Part shown: positions 28,280 to 39,123 of the stretch, one piece after another
Layout: the number at the start of each line of letters is the position of its first letter
Numbering within the stretch: the stretch's first letter is position 1
DNA from: an uncultured Gemmatimonadales bacterium
Lineage (GTDB): Bacteria > Gemmatimonadota > Gemmatimonadetes > Gemmatimonadales > GWC2-71-9
Assembly: GCA_963825055.1 (NCBI GenBank)
Contig: CAWGSK010000009.1
Coordinates: forward strand, 254,977 to 318,976
DNA length: 64,000 bases
Direction: 5' to 3'
Translations under genes and position numbers: made by a program
Notes under the pieces: model-generated
Databases searched by the model: none
What the model was told of the DNA's origin: nothing
What the model saw: only the letters and a program-made list of their open reading frames with translations

Positions 28280-29296
28280 GTGGACCCGATCTGCCACACG
28301 CTGGTGGGCGCCGCGCTCGCCCGCACCGGCCTCCGCCGGCGCACCGCGCTCGCCGTCCCGACCCTGCTCATCGGCGCCAACCTCCCCGACATCGATGTCG
28401 TGTCCTACGCGTGGGGGGAGCTCGCCGCGCTCGATTTCCGGCGGGGCTGGACGCATGGTATCCTGGCGATCGTCGTGCTCCCGTTCCTGCTCACGGGAGT
28501 CATGCTGCTGTGGGACCGCTGGCGCCGCAGGCGCGACCCTGCACGCGCGCAGGCGCGGGGGGGTCAACTCCTGCTCCTGGCCGCCCTGGCCATCGCAACG
28601 CACCCGGTGCTCGACACCCTCAACACCTACGGCGTCCGCTGGCTGATGCCTTTCTCCGACCGCTGGTTCTACGGAGACGCGCTGTTCATCGTGGACGTCT
28701 GGGCCTGGCTCATCCTCGGGGTGGCGGTCTGGGCGAGCTGGCGGCGGGCGCGGCGTGGCGCCCCGGATGACGGCGCGCCGGCACGTTACGGCCTTGCGGT
28801 GTTTGCCACCTACGCGGTTCTGATGACGGCGAGCGCCTTCACCGTGCGCGGGCTTGTCACCGGGGCCTATCGCCGCTACGTCGGCGTGACTCCCCATCGT
28901 GTCCTGGCGGCCCCCGTTCCGCTCACACCTTTCCGGAGATCCCTCGTCATCGAGGGCCGTGAGGGGTATCGCGTCGGCGAGTTCTTCTGGCTCCCCTGGC
29001 CGCATGTCGATGGTGGAAGAACCTATGCCCTGCCAAAAGCGGGGCTGAGCCATGAACTGCTCTCCCGGGCCGCGGCCACGCCGGATGCCCGCCGCTTCCT
29101 CCGCTGGGCACGGTTCCCGACCTGGGTCGTCACCGGCCCGGGCCGGGACCGTTCGGTATACATTATCGACCTCCGCTACGCGACGAGCCCCGGCGCGGGG
29201 TTCGGGACCCTGGAGATCCCGGTCCGGAGCCTGCGTGCCACCATCGTGCGGCTGGCGTTCCCCACGCCAGCGCGCCCAGACCTGGAAGGACCATGA
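28280..29296 (+). CDS. YdjM-like membrane-bound metal-dependent hydrolase
   Basis: MDPICHTLVG, NLPDID, RGWTH, HPVLDTLNTYG. Confidence 0.88.
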   Translation: MDPICHTLVGAALARTGLRRRTALAVPTLLIGANLPDIDVVSYAWGELAALDFRRGWTHGILAIVVLPFLLTGVMLLWDRWRRRRDPARAQARGGQLLLLAALAIATHPVLDTLNTYGVRWLMPFSDRWFYGDALFIVDVWAWLILGVAVWASWRRARRGAPDDGAPARYGLAVFATYAVLMTASAFTVRGLVTGAYRRYVGVTPHRVLAAPVPLTPFRRSLVIEGREGYRVGEFFWLPWPHVDGGRTYALPKAGLSHELLSRAAATPDARRFLRWARFPTWVVTGPGRDRSVYIIDLRYATSPGAGFGTLEIPVRSLRATIVRLAFPTPARPDLEGP

Positions 29297-30354
29297 CGAA
29301 GGACATCAAGAGCCTGATGGAGGAATGGGACGGACACGCCGTCCTCCAGCGCTATGACCGGCCCACCGGGACGTGGATCTTCATCGCCCTGCACGATCCC
29401 TCCCGCGGGATGATGGTCGGCGGCTGCCGGATGAAGGTCTACCCGTCCCCCGAGGACGGGCTCCTCGATGCCATGCGCCTCGGGCGGGGCATGACGCACA
29501 AGTGGGCGGCCATCGACGTGGAATTCGGCGGGGGCAAGACCGTGCTGGCCATTCCGCACGAAATGCACGGCGCGGAGCGGGAAGGCCTGCTGCGCCGGCT
29601 TGGCACGCTGCTCAACACGCTCGGCGGGCGGTATGGCACGGGGGTGGATCTCGGGACCACGCCGGATGACATGGATATCGTCAAGCAGGTCTCACGCTGG
29701 GTCTTTGCCGGTGACCCGTCACGCGGTGGTCACGCGGACCCCGGCCCCTACACGGCGCTCGGGGTCTTTTCCTGCATCAAGGTGGGCGCACGTCACGCCT
29801 TCGGCACCGACGACCTCGCCGGACGGACAGTACTGATTCAGGGGGCCGGCGGCGTGGGGACGCCGCTGGCTGCGCTGCTTGACGAGGCCGGGGCATCGCT
29901 GCTCGTGAGCGACATCGACCCTGATCGCTCGGCGGCGCTCGCGAAGGCACATGGCGGCCAGGTGGTGGCAAACGATGACGTCTACCAGACCCCCTGCGAC
30001 ATCTTCGCGCCCTGCGCGATCGGGGGCATCCTGAACACCCGCACCATTCCCGGCCTCGCCTGCCGGGTCGTCGCGGGGTCGGCCAACAACCAGCTCGAAC
30101 GAGACGAGGACGCCGACCTCCTGCACCAGCGGGGGATCCTGTACTGTCCGGACTACGTCGCCAACGCCGGCGGCGCCATGGCCTTCGGCCTCATGCACCA
30201 GGGCATGGTGGAGGAGTCGGAGATCTGCCGCCACATCGTGGGTATCGGCAACTCGTTGAGGGAGATACTGGACGAGGCGCGCAGTTCGGACAGCTCCCCG
30301 CTGCACGCCTCGGCGAGGAGGGTGGAGGAGCGGCTGCACCACAGTGAGAAATAA
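29293..30354 (+). CDS. Glu/Leu/Phe/Val dehydrogenase (leucine dehydrogenase-like)
   Basis: GGCRM, MTHK, GGGK, QGAGGVG, DIFAPCA, GSANNQL, PDYVANAGG. Confidence 0.93.
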   Translation: MTKDIKSLMEEWDGHAVLQRYDRPTGTWIFIALHDPSRGMMVGGCRMKVYPSPEDGLLDAMRLGRGMTHKWAAIDVEFGGGKTVLAIPHEMHGAEREGLLRRLGTLLNTLGGRYGTGVDLGTTPDDMDIVKQVSRWVFAGDPSRGGHADPGPYTALGVFSCIKVGARHAFGTDDLAGRTVLIQGAGGVGTPLAALLDEAGASLLVSDIDPDRSAALAKAHGGQVVANDDVYQTPCDIFAPCAIGGILNTRTIPGLACRVVAGSANNQLERDEDADLLHQRGILYCPDYVANAGGAMAFGLMHQGMVEESEICRHIVGIGNSLREILDEARSSDSSPLHASARRVEERLHHSEK

Positions 30355-30400
30355 GGAGTAAGAAGTGAGAGGGGCAAGATGCACACGTCTTACTTCTTAA
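30352..30400. repeat. Heptamer-built imperfect inverted repeat between convergent genes
   Basis: taaggag taagaag tgagagg ... tcttacttctta. Confidence 0.6.
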
Positions 30401-30403
30401 CGC

Positions 30404-31080
30404 TCAGTTCGCACCACTGTTCAGCATCGGCCCCAGCACCGCCCACACATTGTCGGCCACGATCTCATGGCCCCGGGCATTGGGGTGGATGCCGTCCGGC
30501 TGGTTCAGTGAATCGATCGCCGGCCACGTTGGTGAGCAGGAAGGGCACCAAGGCGACCCCGTTGCGGCGCGCGAGATCCTGGTAGGCGGTACGGAAGCGT
30601 CCGGTGAAACGCGGGCCCAGGTTGGGCGGCGCTTCCATCCCCACGAGGACAATCCGGGGCGGATCCGGACGGTGGCGGGCGGTGTCGATGATGGCCTGGA
30701 TGTTGGCCCGCAGCGAGTCCACATCCAGCCCCCGCAGCCCGTCATTGGCCCCGGTCTCGATCACGAGCACGGCCGCCGGCTCGCGCAGGACCCAGTCGAT
30801 CCGTGCCCTGGCCCCCGCGGAGGTCTCACCGCTCTGTCCCGCGTTGACGACTTCGTAGTCCAGCCCCTCCCGGTCCAGGCGCTCCTGAATACGGGCGGGG
30901 TAGGCCTGTCCCGGGTCCACGCCGAGTCCGGCAGTCAGACTGGTGCCGAGGAAGACGATCCGTGGACGGCCGGCAGGGACATGGGCGGCACGGTCCGAGG
31001 CAGGCGGGGCATCGTTCCCCCGCGAGCCGCAGCCGGACAGCAGCAGCGCCGACGGCGCACAGCAGGTATCTCGATCGCAT
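30404..31080 (-). CDS. SGNH/GDSL arylesterase (TesA-like) lipoprotein; frameshifts near 31050 and 30510
   Basis: FLGTSLTAG, NAGQSGET, ETGANDGLRG; DGIHP in the next frame; lipobox LLLSGC. Confidence 0.85.
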
Positions 31081-31099
31081 CCGGGGTAAGATAGCAACC

Positions 31100-31768
31100 A
31101 TGATTCAGTGCGAAGGCGTCACCCAGGCCTACCTCTCGGGCGGGCACGAACTCACCGTCCTCCACGACATCTCCTTTTCCCTCGAGGATGGCGGCTTCCT
31201 CGCGATCCTGGGCCCTTCGGGAAGCGGAAAGAGCACCCTGCTCGGCCTGCTGGCGGGGCTCGACCTGCCCCGACGGGGCCGGATCCTCCTTGACGGGGAG
31301 GACATCACGACGATGGGCGAGGACGAGCGGGCTGTCCTCCGGGCGCGGAAGATCGGTTTCGTGTTCCAGTCGTTCAACCTGATTCCCACGCTGACGGCGG
31401 CCGAGAATATTGCGGTGCCGCTCGAGTTGCGTGGCGAGGACGGTACCGGGGCAGCGGCGGAGCTCCTGGACCGGGTCGGCCTGGGCGACCGGGGACATCA
31501 CTACCCGGCCCAGCTCTCGGGCGGCGAGCAGCAGCGGGTTGCCCTCGCCCGCGCGTTCAGCAACCGGCCCCGCATCCTCTTCGCCGATGAGCCCACCGGT
31601 AACCTCGACACAGTCACCGGTGCCCGGGTCATCGACCTCATGGCGGGCCTCAACGCGGAGTTCGGCACCACGCTGGTCCTGGTGACCCACGATCCCGAAC
31701 TGGCAACCCGTGCCCGCCGCACGATCCGCCTGACCGACGGCCGCATCGTGGCGGACGCCGTCACGTGA
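31100..31768 (+). CDS. ABC transporter ATP-binding protein (YbbA/LolD-like)
   Basis: GPSGSGKST, LSGGEQQRV, ADEPTGNLD, VTHD. Confidence 0.95.
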   Translation: MIQCEGVTQAYLSGGHELTVLHDISFSLEDGGFLAILGPSGSGKSTLLGLLAGLDLPRRGRILLDGEDITTMGEDERAVLRARKIGFVFQSFNLIPTLTAAENIAVPLELRGEDGTGAAAELLDRVGLGDRGHHYPAQLSGGEQQRVALARAFSNRPRILFADEPTGNLDTVTGARVIDLMAGLNAEFGTTLVLVTHDPELATRARRTIRLTDGRIVADAVT

Positions 31769-34308
31769 CGTCATTCCGGTTCCTGCTCCGCATGGCGCTC
31801 CGGGAAAGCCGGGCGTCACGGCGACGGCTCGTCCTCCTGATGAGCGCGATCTCCGTCGGGGTCGCGGCGCTGGTCGCCATCAACGGCTTCACGGCAAACC
31901 TCCGTGGCGCGCTGGCCCGCGAAACGCGCTCCCTCTATGGCGCCGACCTCGGCGTGACCTCGCGGACGGTGATCTCTCCCGAGCTGGTCGCGCAGCTCGA
32001 CTCAGCCATGGCGGGGGAGGCGGCCGATCGCGCCGAGGTCACTTCCTTCTCCGCCATGGCGTACGTACCCGGCACAACGGGTGCCCGGCTTGTGGAGGTG
32101 AACGCCATCGGCGGGGGCTATCCGTTCTATGGCGACGTGGTCACGGAGCCCGCCGGCGCCTGGCGGTCCCTGGCGGATGGCCACAGCATTCTGGCCGACC
32201 CGGCCCTGCTCACCAGCCTCGAGGCCAGGCTGGGCGACACCGTCTCGCTGGGAAACGCCCGGTTCCGTATCGTCGGCACCGTAACGCGGATGCCGGGCGA
32301 TGCCGGCATCCGGGCGCTCTTCGGACCGCGGGTATGGATCAGCGCGTCCCGTGTTGAGGAGACCGGACTCCTGCAGTTCGGCTCCCGGGTGGAGCGCGCG
32401 CTGTATTTCCGCCTTCCCGCGACGGCGAACGCTGCCACGCTTGCGGACAACCTGCGCGACCGCTTCCGTCCCGAGGGACTTCGCGTCCGGACCGCGCAGG
32501 AAAACCAGGAGAACCTCACCGACGCCCTTACCCGCCTGAGCAGCTACCTGGGCCTGGTCGCCCTGATCGCGCTGCTGCTCGGCGGCCTGGGCGTTGCGAG
32601 CGCGGTCCACGTATTCATCCGGCGCAAGCTCGCCATCGTCGCGATCCTCCGTTGCCTCGGCGCCACCGCCCGGCAGGTCATCGCCATCTACCTGATTCAG
32701 GCGCTGGCCATGGGTATCCTGGGCAGCGCGGCGGGCGTCGGGCTCGGGGTACTGCTTCAGGGCCTGCTCCCGCGCGTTCTCGCCGACTTCCTGCCGGTGG
32801 CGGTGAGCGGTACGCCATCCTGGCCCGCCGTCCTGATGGGTCTCGCGATCGGTGCGTGGGTCGCGTTCGTCTTCTCGCTCCTGCCCCTGCTGTCGGTCCG
32901 GCACGTACCGCCCCTGGCCGCGCTGCGCGAGGTCGACCCCGGCAGACTCGGCCGCCGCGACCCGTGGCGCGTGGCCCTCCGGGTGCTGATTGCGGTGAGC
33001 GTGACCGGGCTGGCCATGCTCCAGGCCGACCGCTGGCAGACCGGGATCGGTTTCGCCCTGGGCATCGGGATCGTCCTGGGCCTCCTGGGCCTGACCGCCT
33101 TCGGTCTGGTGCGGATGGTGCGCCGCTGGTTTCCGCGCCGGCTGCCCTACCTCTGGCGGCAGGGTATCGCCAACCTCTATCGCCCGGCGAACCAGACGCT
33201 CATGGTCGTGCTCGCGCTCGGGTTCGGGGCATTCCTCCTTGCCACGCTGTTCCTGGTGCAGCAGAACCTCCTGAGGGAGCTTCGTCTCGGGGGCGGCGGC
33301 CGGCCGAACCTGGTGCTCTTCGACATCCAGCCGAACCAGCGCGACGGTGTCGATTCCCTCCTCCAGGTGGAGGGACTCCGGATCGAGACACCCGTACCCA
33401 TCGTCCCCATGCGGATTGCGAATATCCGGGGGCGCAGTGTCACTGAGTGGCTGGCGGACACCACGCGCGGCGAAGACCGTCCGGAACGCTGGGCGCTGCG
33501 CCGGGAATACCGCTCCACCTGGCGCGACACACTGGTCCGTTCAGAGCAGTCCGTCGGGGGCACGTGGCCCGTGACGCAGGAAGCGGGTGGCCTGGTGCCC
33601 GTTTCCATGGAAGTGGAACTGGCTGGAGACCTCGGCGTCGGGGTTGGGGACCCGGTGGACTGGGACGTGCAGGGCGTCGTAATCCATTCGCGCGTGGCCG
33701 GGCTCCGGGAGGTGGACTGGGCCCGGTTCGAGCCCAATTTCTTCGTCGTCTTCCCGTCGGGGGTTCTCGAGGCGGCCCCGCACTCCTATGTGACGCTGAC
33801 ACGCGTGGCCGACAGCGCCGACGTGGGACGGATCCAGCGCGCCGTGGTCGAGCGCTTCCCGAACGTCGCATCCATCGACATCCGGCAGGTCCAGGCCACC
33901 ATTGAAGGCCTGCTGGGTCGTGTCTCCTGGGCCATCCGGTTCATGGCGTTCTTCAGCCTCGTGACGGGCGCCATCGTGCTTGTTGGCGCGATGGCGACGA
34001 GCCGGTGGCAGCGCCTCCGGGAAGGAGTGCTGCTCCGGGCACTGGGTGCCACCCGGGGGCAGGTGCTCCGGGTCATGCTCGTGGAATTCGGCAGCCTGGG
34101 CGTGCTCGCGATCCTGGTCGGAATGGTCCTCGCCACGGCCGCCGCCTGGGCACTCGTGCGGTTCGTGTTCGATTCCGCGTTCACCGTGCCCTGGGGGGCG
34201 TTCAGCCTGCTGGCGGCCGCCATCCTCGCCGTCACGACCCTCACCGGGCTCTGGAACAGCGGGGAGGTCCTGCGGCGCACACCGCTGGAGGTGCTCCGCA
34301 CGGAGTAG
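31765..34308 (+). CDS. Duplicated FtsX-like ABC permease (YbbP-like)
   Basis: Two FtsX halves (ILRCLGA, LLRALGA), [16 protein letters not shown]; synteny with tesA/ybbA. Confidence 0.9.
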   Translation: MTSFRFLLRMALRESRASRRRLVLLMSAISVGVAALVAINGFTANLRGALARETRSLYGADLGVTSRTVISPELVAQLDSAMAGEAADRAEVTSFSAMAYVPGTTGARLVEVNAIGGGYPFYGDVVTEPAGAWRSLADGHSILADPALLTSLEARLGDTVSLGNARFRIVGTVTRMPGDAGIRALFGPRVWISASRVEETGLLQFGSRVERALYFRLPATANAATLADNLRDRFRPEGLRVRTAQENQENLTDALTRLSSYLGLVALIALLLGGLGVASAVHVFIRRKLAIVAILRCLGATARQVIAIYLIQALAMGILGSAAGVGLGVLLQGLLPRVLADFLPVAVSGTPSWPAVLMGLAIGAWVAFVFSLLPLLSVRHVPPLAALREVDPGRLGRRDPWRVALRVLIAVSVTGLAMLQADRWQTGIGFALGIGIVLGLLGLTAFGLVRMVRRWFPRRLPYLWRQGIANLYRPANQTLMVVLALGFGAFLLATLFLVQQNLLRELRLGGGGRPNLVLFDIQPNQRDGVDSLLQVEGLRIETPVPIVPMRIANIRGRSVTEWLADTTRGEDRPERWALRREYRSTWRDTLVRSEQSVGGTWPVTQEAGGLVPVSMEVELAGDLGVGVGDPVDWDVQGVVIHSRVAGLREVDWARFEPNFFVVFPSGVLEAAPHSYVTLTRVADSADVGRIQRAVVERFPNVASIDIRQVQATIEGLLGRVSWAIRFMAFFSLVTGAIVLVGAMATSRWQRLREGVLLRALGATRGQVLRVMLVEFGSLGVLAILVGMVLATAAAWALVRFVFDSAFTVPWGAFSLLAAAILAVTTLTGLWNSGEVLRRTPLEVLRTE

Positions 34309-34378
34309 CGGCCGGCCGTTCCGTCGCCGTGACGCCGACAGTACCTTTCCGCATCCTCTTTCCTTCCTGGAGACGTGC

Positions 34379-35284
34379 ATGCTGTCCATCGATCTCAGCG
34401 GCAAGCGGGCACTGGTCGCCGGCGTCAGTGACGACGGGGGCTTTGGGTTCGCCATCGCGAAGGCCCTCGCCGAAGCGGGCGCGAGCATCTGCGTCGCCAG
34501 CTGGCCGCCGGCCCTGGGGATCTTTACCAAGCTCCTGGAGCGGGGGAAGATGGACGAGTCCCTGCAGCTGTCCGGCGGTCGCCAGATGGAGTTCGAGCGC
34601 ATCTACCCGCTGGACGCCGCCTGGGACCGCATGGAAGACGTCCCCGCCGATGTCCGGGAAAACAAGCGTTACACGGAGCAGGGCGACTTCACCATCCAGG
34701 GGATGGTCACTCGGCTGCGGGAGGACTTCGGGGACCAGGGGCTCGATATCGTCGTGCACAGCCTCGCCAATGGACCGGAAGTGAAGAAACCGTTGATCGA
34801 CACGAGTCGCGCCGGTTACCTCTCGGCCATCAGCGTGAGTGCGTACAGCAACGTGGCCATGGTGAGGGAACTGAGCCCCCTCATGCGGCCCGGCGGCACG
34901 TTCCTCTCCCTGACCTACATGGCCGGCGAACGTGTCATCCCGGGCTATGGCGGCGGCATGTCCACCGCGAAGGCCGCGCTGGAATCAGACACCCGCACCC
35001 TGGCCTACGAAGCCGGGCGCCGTCACGGGGTCAGGGTAAACGCCATCTCCGCCGGGCCATGGGCGTCCCGGGCCGCCAGCGCGATCGGCTTCATCGATAC
35101 CATGATTCACTACTCGAAGGCCAACTCCCCGCTGACGCGCGACTTCGAGGCGACCGATGTCGGGAACACGGCGGCGTTCCTGTCCAGCCCGCTGGCGGCG
35201 GCCATTACCGGTACCGTGGTATACGTGGACAACGGTTATCACTCGATGGGCATGGCGGTGAGCGGACTGGAGCAGCCGGAGTGA
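34379..35284 (+). CDS. fabI: Enoyl-ACP reductase, plant/chlamydial/apicomplexan type
   Basis: [65 protein letters not shown]. Confidence 0.92.
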   Translation: MLSIDLSGKRALVAGVSDDGGFGFAIAKALAEAGASICVASWPPALGIFTKLLERGKMDESLQLSGGRQMEFERIYPLDAAWDRMEDVPADVRENKRYTEQGDFTIQGMVTRLREDFGDQGLDIVVHSLANGPEVKKPLIDTSRAGYLSAISVSAYSNVAMVRELSPLMRPGGTFLSLTYMAGERVIPGYGGGMSTAKAALESDTRTLAYEAGRRHGVRVNAISAGPWASRAASAIGFIDTMIHYSKANSPLTRDFEATDVGNTAAFLSSPLAAAITGTVVYVDNGYHSMGMAVSGLEQPE

Positions 35285-36096
35285 GCCCGGACGAATCGAT
35301 CTTCCGCCCCGACCTGCTGAACGGGCAGGTCGCCCTGGTGACCGGAGGCGGCACGGGGATCGGGCGTGGCATCTCTGAGTGTCTCGCCCAGGCGGGAGCG
35401 GACGTGGTCATTACCAGCCGCCGCCCGGAACACCTGGCGCCGGCGGTCGAGGAGCTGCGCCGCTACGGAACTCGGATCGGGGCGGTGGAGACCAATGTCC
35501 GGGAACCCGAGACGGTCCAGCGGACGGTACGGCAGGTCATGGAGGATTACGGCCGGATCGATATCCTGGTCAACAACGCCGCCGGCAACTTCTACGCACC
35601 CTCCGCGACGCTCTCGCCCAATGCGTGGCGCGCCGTGGTCGAGACCGACCTCTACGGTACGTTCTACTGCTCACAGGCCGTGTACGAGGTGATGCAGTCG
35701 CAGGGCGGCGGCCGGATCGTATCGATCTCGATGACGCTCCACTACCGCGGCTGGCCCATGATGGCGCACGCGACAGCGGCAAAGGCTGGCGTGGATGCCC
35801 TGACCCGGACACTCGCGCTCGAATGGGCGCCCGCCGGGATCAGGGTGAACGCGATCGCCCCCGGGCCGATACCGACCGAAGGCGTGCTCAAGGCCTTTGC
35901 GAAGCCGGGGGTCGACCCGGCCCGGGATATCTTCTCGGAGGAGAACGCGCGCAAGGGCATCCCGGCCGGCCGCTGGGGAAAGCCGGAGGACATCGGCCAG
36001 ATGGTCACCTATCTCGCCAGCCCCGCCGGGGACTGGATCACCGGAGCCATCTTCGTCGTGGATGGAGGATCGTGGCTGGCGGGAACGGGACGGTAG
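35281..36096 (+). CDS. SDR oxidoreductase, 2,4-dienoyl-CoA reductase-like
   Basis: [44 protein letters not shown]. Confidence 0.88.
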   Translation: MSPDESIFRPDLLNGQVALVTGGGTGIGRGISECLAQAGADVVITSRRPEHLAPAVEELRRYGTRIGAVETNVREPETVQRTVRQVMEDYGRIDILVNNAAGNFYAPSATLSPNAWRAVVETDLYGTFYCSQAVYEVMQSQGGGRIVSISMTLHYRGWPMMAHATAAKAGVDALTRTLALEWAPAGIRVNAIAPGPIPTEGVLKAFAKPGVDPARDIFSEENARKGIPAGRWGKPEDIGQMVTYLASPAGDWITGAIFVVDGGSWLAGTGR

Positions 36097-36103
36097 GGAT
36101 ATT

Positions 36104-36255
36104 GGGGATCGGGGATCGGGGATCGGGAGAGCGTAAGTCGTTGAGTCGTTGAGTCGTTGAATCGCACGACCGTCCTGACCGCCCTGACCGTCCTGTCCGC
36201 CCTGTCCGCCTGTCCGCCTTGTCCGCCTTGTCCGTTTGACCGCCTGTCAGCCTGT
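36104..36255. repeat. Composite tandem repeat: (GGGGATC)3, (AGTCGTTG)3 and about 9 CCGYCCTGW-like units
   Basis: Read directly from the intergenic sequence. Confidence 0.9.
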
Positions 36256-36264
36256 GGAGGATCC

Positions 36265-36936
36265 ATGTTCGTCGGGCACTACGGCATCGCCTTCGGGCTG
36301 AAGCGTGCTGACCCCAAGCTCTCGCTCGGGTCGCTCTTCCTGGCAGTCCAGCTGGTGGACCTGTTGTGGGGGATCTTCCTGCTCCTCGGCTGGGAGCACG
36401 TGCGAGTGGAACCGGGATTCACCGCCGCGTCACCCCTGGTATTCACCGACTACCCCCTCTCGCACAGCCTGCTCGCCGCCCTGTGCTGGGCGGTCGTCGC
36501 CGGCGCGGTAGCCTACAGCCTCCCGACCCGGGACACCAGCCGGCATCATGCCCGTGCCGCGATGCTGATCGCGGTGGCCGTCGCCTCACACTGGTTCCTC
36601 GACCTGATCGTCCACGTCCGTGACCTGCCGCTCGCCGGGACGGAATCCACCCGCGTGGGACTTGGTCTCTGGCAGAACCTGCCGCTCAGCATCGCTGCCG
36701 AGCTGCTCATCCTGGCGGCGGGACTCCTCCTTTATCTCACCGCTCCTTCCAGGCGGATCCACCCGCGGCCGTGGCGCATCGCGACCCTGGTCGTTGTCAT
36801 GGTCGGCCTGTACCTCTCAGGCTTCATGGCTCTGCCGCCGGACAACGTGACGGTGCTCGGCATATCGGCCATCGTCCTGCTCCTCGGTCTCGCGGCCCTC
36901 GCCGCCTGGGCCGACCGACCCGCGCCGGTGCGCTGA
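36265..36936 (+). CDS. Membrane protein, putative metal-dependent hydrolase
   Basis: MFVGHYG, QLVDL, SHSL, SHWFLDLIVH; RBS ggagg. Confidence 0.8.
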   Translation: MFVGHYGIAFGLKRADPKLSLGSLFLAVQLVDLLWGIFLLLGWEHVRVEPGFTAASPLVFTDYPLSHSLLAALCWAVVAGAVAYSLPTRDTSRHHARAAMLIAVAVASHWFLDLIVHVRDLPLAGTESTRVGLGLWQNLPLSIAAELLILAAGLLLYLTAPSRRIHPRPWRIATLVVVMVGLYLSGFMALPPDNVTVLGISAIVLLLGLAALAAWADRPAPVR

Positions 36937-36952
36937 CCTGACGAGACCTGCC

Positions 36953-37324
36953 ATGACCAGAGTCTTTGCCGCCCTCGGGGCGTTCTCCGCCTTCATTGCC
37001 GTCGCCGCCGGTGCCTTCGCCGCCCACGCGTTGAAGGCACGCCTCTCCGACGACCTGCTCCAGGCCTTCGAGACCGGCGCACGGTACCAGATGTACCACG
37101 CCCTGGCCCTGTTCGCGGTCGCCTGGGCGCTCACCCGCTGGACCAGCCCCGCAGGCCCCGCCGCCGGGTGGCTGTTCGTCGTGGGGACGGTCCTCTTCAG
37201 CGGCAGCCTCTATGCTCTCGCCCTGAGCGGCCAGCGCAGCCTCGGTATGGTCACGCCGTTTGGTGGCCTCGCTTTCCTGGCGGGATGGATTTGCCTCGGG
37301 GTGGCGGTGCTGAGCAAAAGGTAG
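36953..37324 (+). CDS. DUF423 (YgdD/TMEM256) membrane protein
   Basis: GAFAAHAL, FETGARYQMYH, LFSGSLY, TPFGG. Confidence 0.93.
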   Translation: MTRVFAALGAFSAFIAVAAGAFAAHALKARLSDDLLQAFETGARYQMYHALALFAVAWALTRWTSPAGPAAGWLFVVGTVLFSGSLYALALSGQRSLGMVTPFGGLAFLAGWICLGVAVLSKR

Positions 37325-37404
37325 GGAAGAGGGAACAGGCAACAGGAAACGGGAGCCCGCCGGATTGACGGGCCCCTGTTCCCTCGCGCCTGTTCCCTCT
37401 TCCC
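37324..37404. repeat. Perfect 17-bp inverted repeat built from heptamers (REP-like or bidirectional terminator)
   Basis: GGGAAGAGGGAACAGGC (37324-37340) / GCCTGTTCCCTCTTCCC (37388-37404). Confidence 0.9.
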
Positions 37405-37410
37405 TTCCGC

Positions 37411-39108
37411 CTATTCCACGGGCAACGCCTGATCAGCCGCCCATGCCGTCCAGCTCGGCACGTAAACCCGCACGCGCGGGTATTCCAGCAGTTCGCTCAG
37501 GGCGAAGTACAGGTGGCTGGCCTCCGTGCCCGTATTGCAGTACACGATGATCTCGCGGTCCGGCGTGACCCCCTGGGCCGCATAGGCCGCTTTCAATGCC
37601 TCCACCTTCTTCCATGCCCATTGGCCATCGGCGCCCTGCAGGTCACCGATCCAGGGGTGACTGATCGCGCCGGGAATGTGCCCGCGCCGCATCTGCGGGC
37701 CTGCCTGCCCGGTGTACTGCGCCGGCGGCCGAGCATCCACCAGCACGGCAGACCTGCTGGTCACGGCCCGGTGCACCTCCTCCGTTCCCACCAGCGCGGG
37801 CGCGAAGGGCTTCCCGGCCAGTGAGCCACCCTCGACCACAGGATATTCCTGCGTGACCGGCCGTTGCTCCGCCTTCCACTTCACCAGTCCACCGTCCAGA
37901 AGGTAGACCTGCGGGTGGCCGAATCCACGCAGCAGCCAGGCAATGAATGACGCGTGAAAGTCAGCCTGGTCACCGGCACTGTAGATCACGACCGGGCGGT
38001 CACGCCGGACGCCCAGCCGCTCGAACAGCGCGCGATACGACTCGGCGGGCAGGAGGTCTGCGGGGACACCGCTCCCGGTCCACCGGAGCGTCTCGTTGTG
38101 AAGGAACACGGCGCCGGGAATGTGCCCCTCGAGGTACGCGCCCAGGTCACTGCGCGCATCGATGACGGTGACCTTCCACTCCGGGATGCCTACCATGCGG
38201 GCGAGGTGCTCCGTGGTCATGAGCCGCGCCCGGGCCTGCTTCAGCTGCACCACTAGCTCGTCATCCAGCCTGCTCCACTCCTCGAAGGATCCGTCGTACA
38301 GCCGGACGTCGTAGCCGAGTCGGCGGGCGTTGAAGTAAGCGAGGGTCGCCTGCTGACCGATGTGGCAGTAGACCACTATCCGGCCGTCGCCAGTGACCCC
38401 CGCCTTTGCGAAGAGCCGCCGGACCTGGTCCTCAGGAAGGAAATGGTCGGTTTCGTCGACAAAACTGACGTACGGCACGTTCCGGGCGCCGGGAATGTGG
38501 CCGGGCCTGGGCTGGCCGCCGGCATCGCTGCCGTCGTAGAACTGCGGCGTTCGTGCATCCACGAGCGTCACCTTCGCATCGCGCAGGTGGGCGGCAACGT
38601 ACTTCGCCTCCACCGTGACCTCTCGAGGGTGGGGTGTGAGGTGCCCGGGCCTGGCAGTCGCCGGCGCTTCGGAGGTGACCCCGCCGCCGGCGGCGCGCCA
38701 CGCGTCCAGGCCCCCGTCGAGGATGGATACCCGATCGCCGAGCCCGACGCGGTCCAGGGTCAGCCAGGTCCGCGTGGTCGGAGTGACCCAGCCCTGGTCC
38801 CAGTAGAGCACGATCCGGCTGTCGTCCGAAATCCCGAGGGATTCCAGGGTCGAGTCGAGCTGGGCCAGTGGCGGGAGCTCGAGGGAGCGACTCTCCGAGC
38901 TCGTCGACAGCCCGGACATGGTGATGTAGCGGGCGCCGGGAATGTGGGCCTCAGCGTATCGCGCCGCGGGGCCGACGTGCAGCAGGACAATGTTGGCATC
39001 ACGCACATGCTCCCTGAGCCACGCGGCATCCACCACGGGCGCCGCGGGCGGGGCACCGGGAGGGAAGGCAAGGGCTGCGGTCAGGGCGAGCGTCAGCAGG
39101 ACAGCCAT
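37411..39108 (-). CDS. Sulfurtransferase with four rhodanese domains and a predicted signal peptide
   Basis: Four HIPGA motifs; active-site loops YCHIGQQA and YCNTGTEA; YDGSFEEW. Confidence 0.9.
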   Translation of the reverse strand: MAVLLTLALTAALAFPPGAPPAAPVVDAAWLREHVRDANIVLLHVGPAARYAEAHIPGARYITMSGLSTSSESRSLELPPLAQLDSTLESLGISDDSRIVLYWDQGWVTPTTRTWLTLDRVGLGDRVSILDGGLDAWRAAGGGVTSEAPATARPGHLTPHPREVTVEAKYVAAHLRDAKVTLVDARTPQFYDGSDAGGQPRPGHIPGARNVPYVSFVDETDHFLPEDQVRRLFAKAGVTGDGRIVVYCHIGQQATLAYFNARRLGYDVRLYDGSFEEWSRLDDELVVQLKQARARLMTTEHLARMVGIPEWKVTVIDARSDLGAYLEGHIPGAVFLHNETLRWTGSGVPADLLPAESYRALFERLGVRRDRPVVIYSAGDQADFHASFIAWLLRGFGHPQVYLLDGGLVKWKAEQRPVTQEYPVVEGGSLAGKPFAPALVGTEEVHRAVTSRSAVLVDARPPAQYTGQAGPQMRRGHIPGAISHPWIGDLQGADGQWAWKKVEALKAAYAAQGVTPDREIIVYCNTGTEASHLYFALSELLEYPRVRVYVPSWTAWAADQALPVE

Positions 39109-39123
39109 GAGAAACTCCTTCGG

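Noticed and set aside
30404..34308. Head-to-head esterase and ABC transporter as a novel system
   Set aside because: It matches the known tesA-ybbA-ybbP arrangement.
36104..36255. Possible CRISPR array
   Set aside because: Units are 7-9 bp and contiguous, with no unique spacers and no cas genes.
36157..36264. Cys/Pro-rich N-terminal extension (ACPPCPPCP) of ORF 36157..36936
   Set aside because: It is a translation of the tandem repeat. The real start is ATG 36265 after a ggagg RBS.
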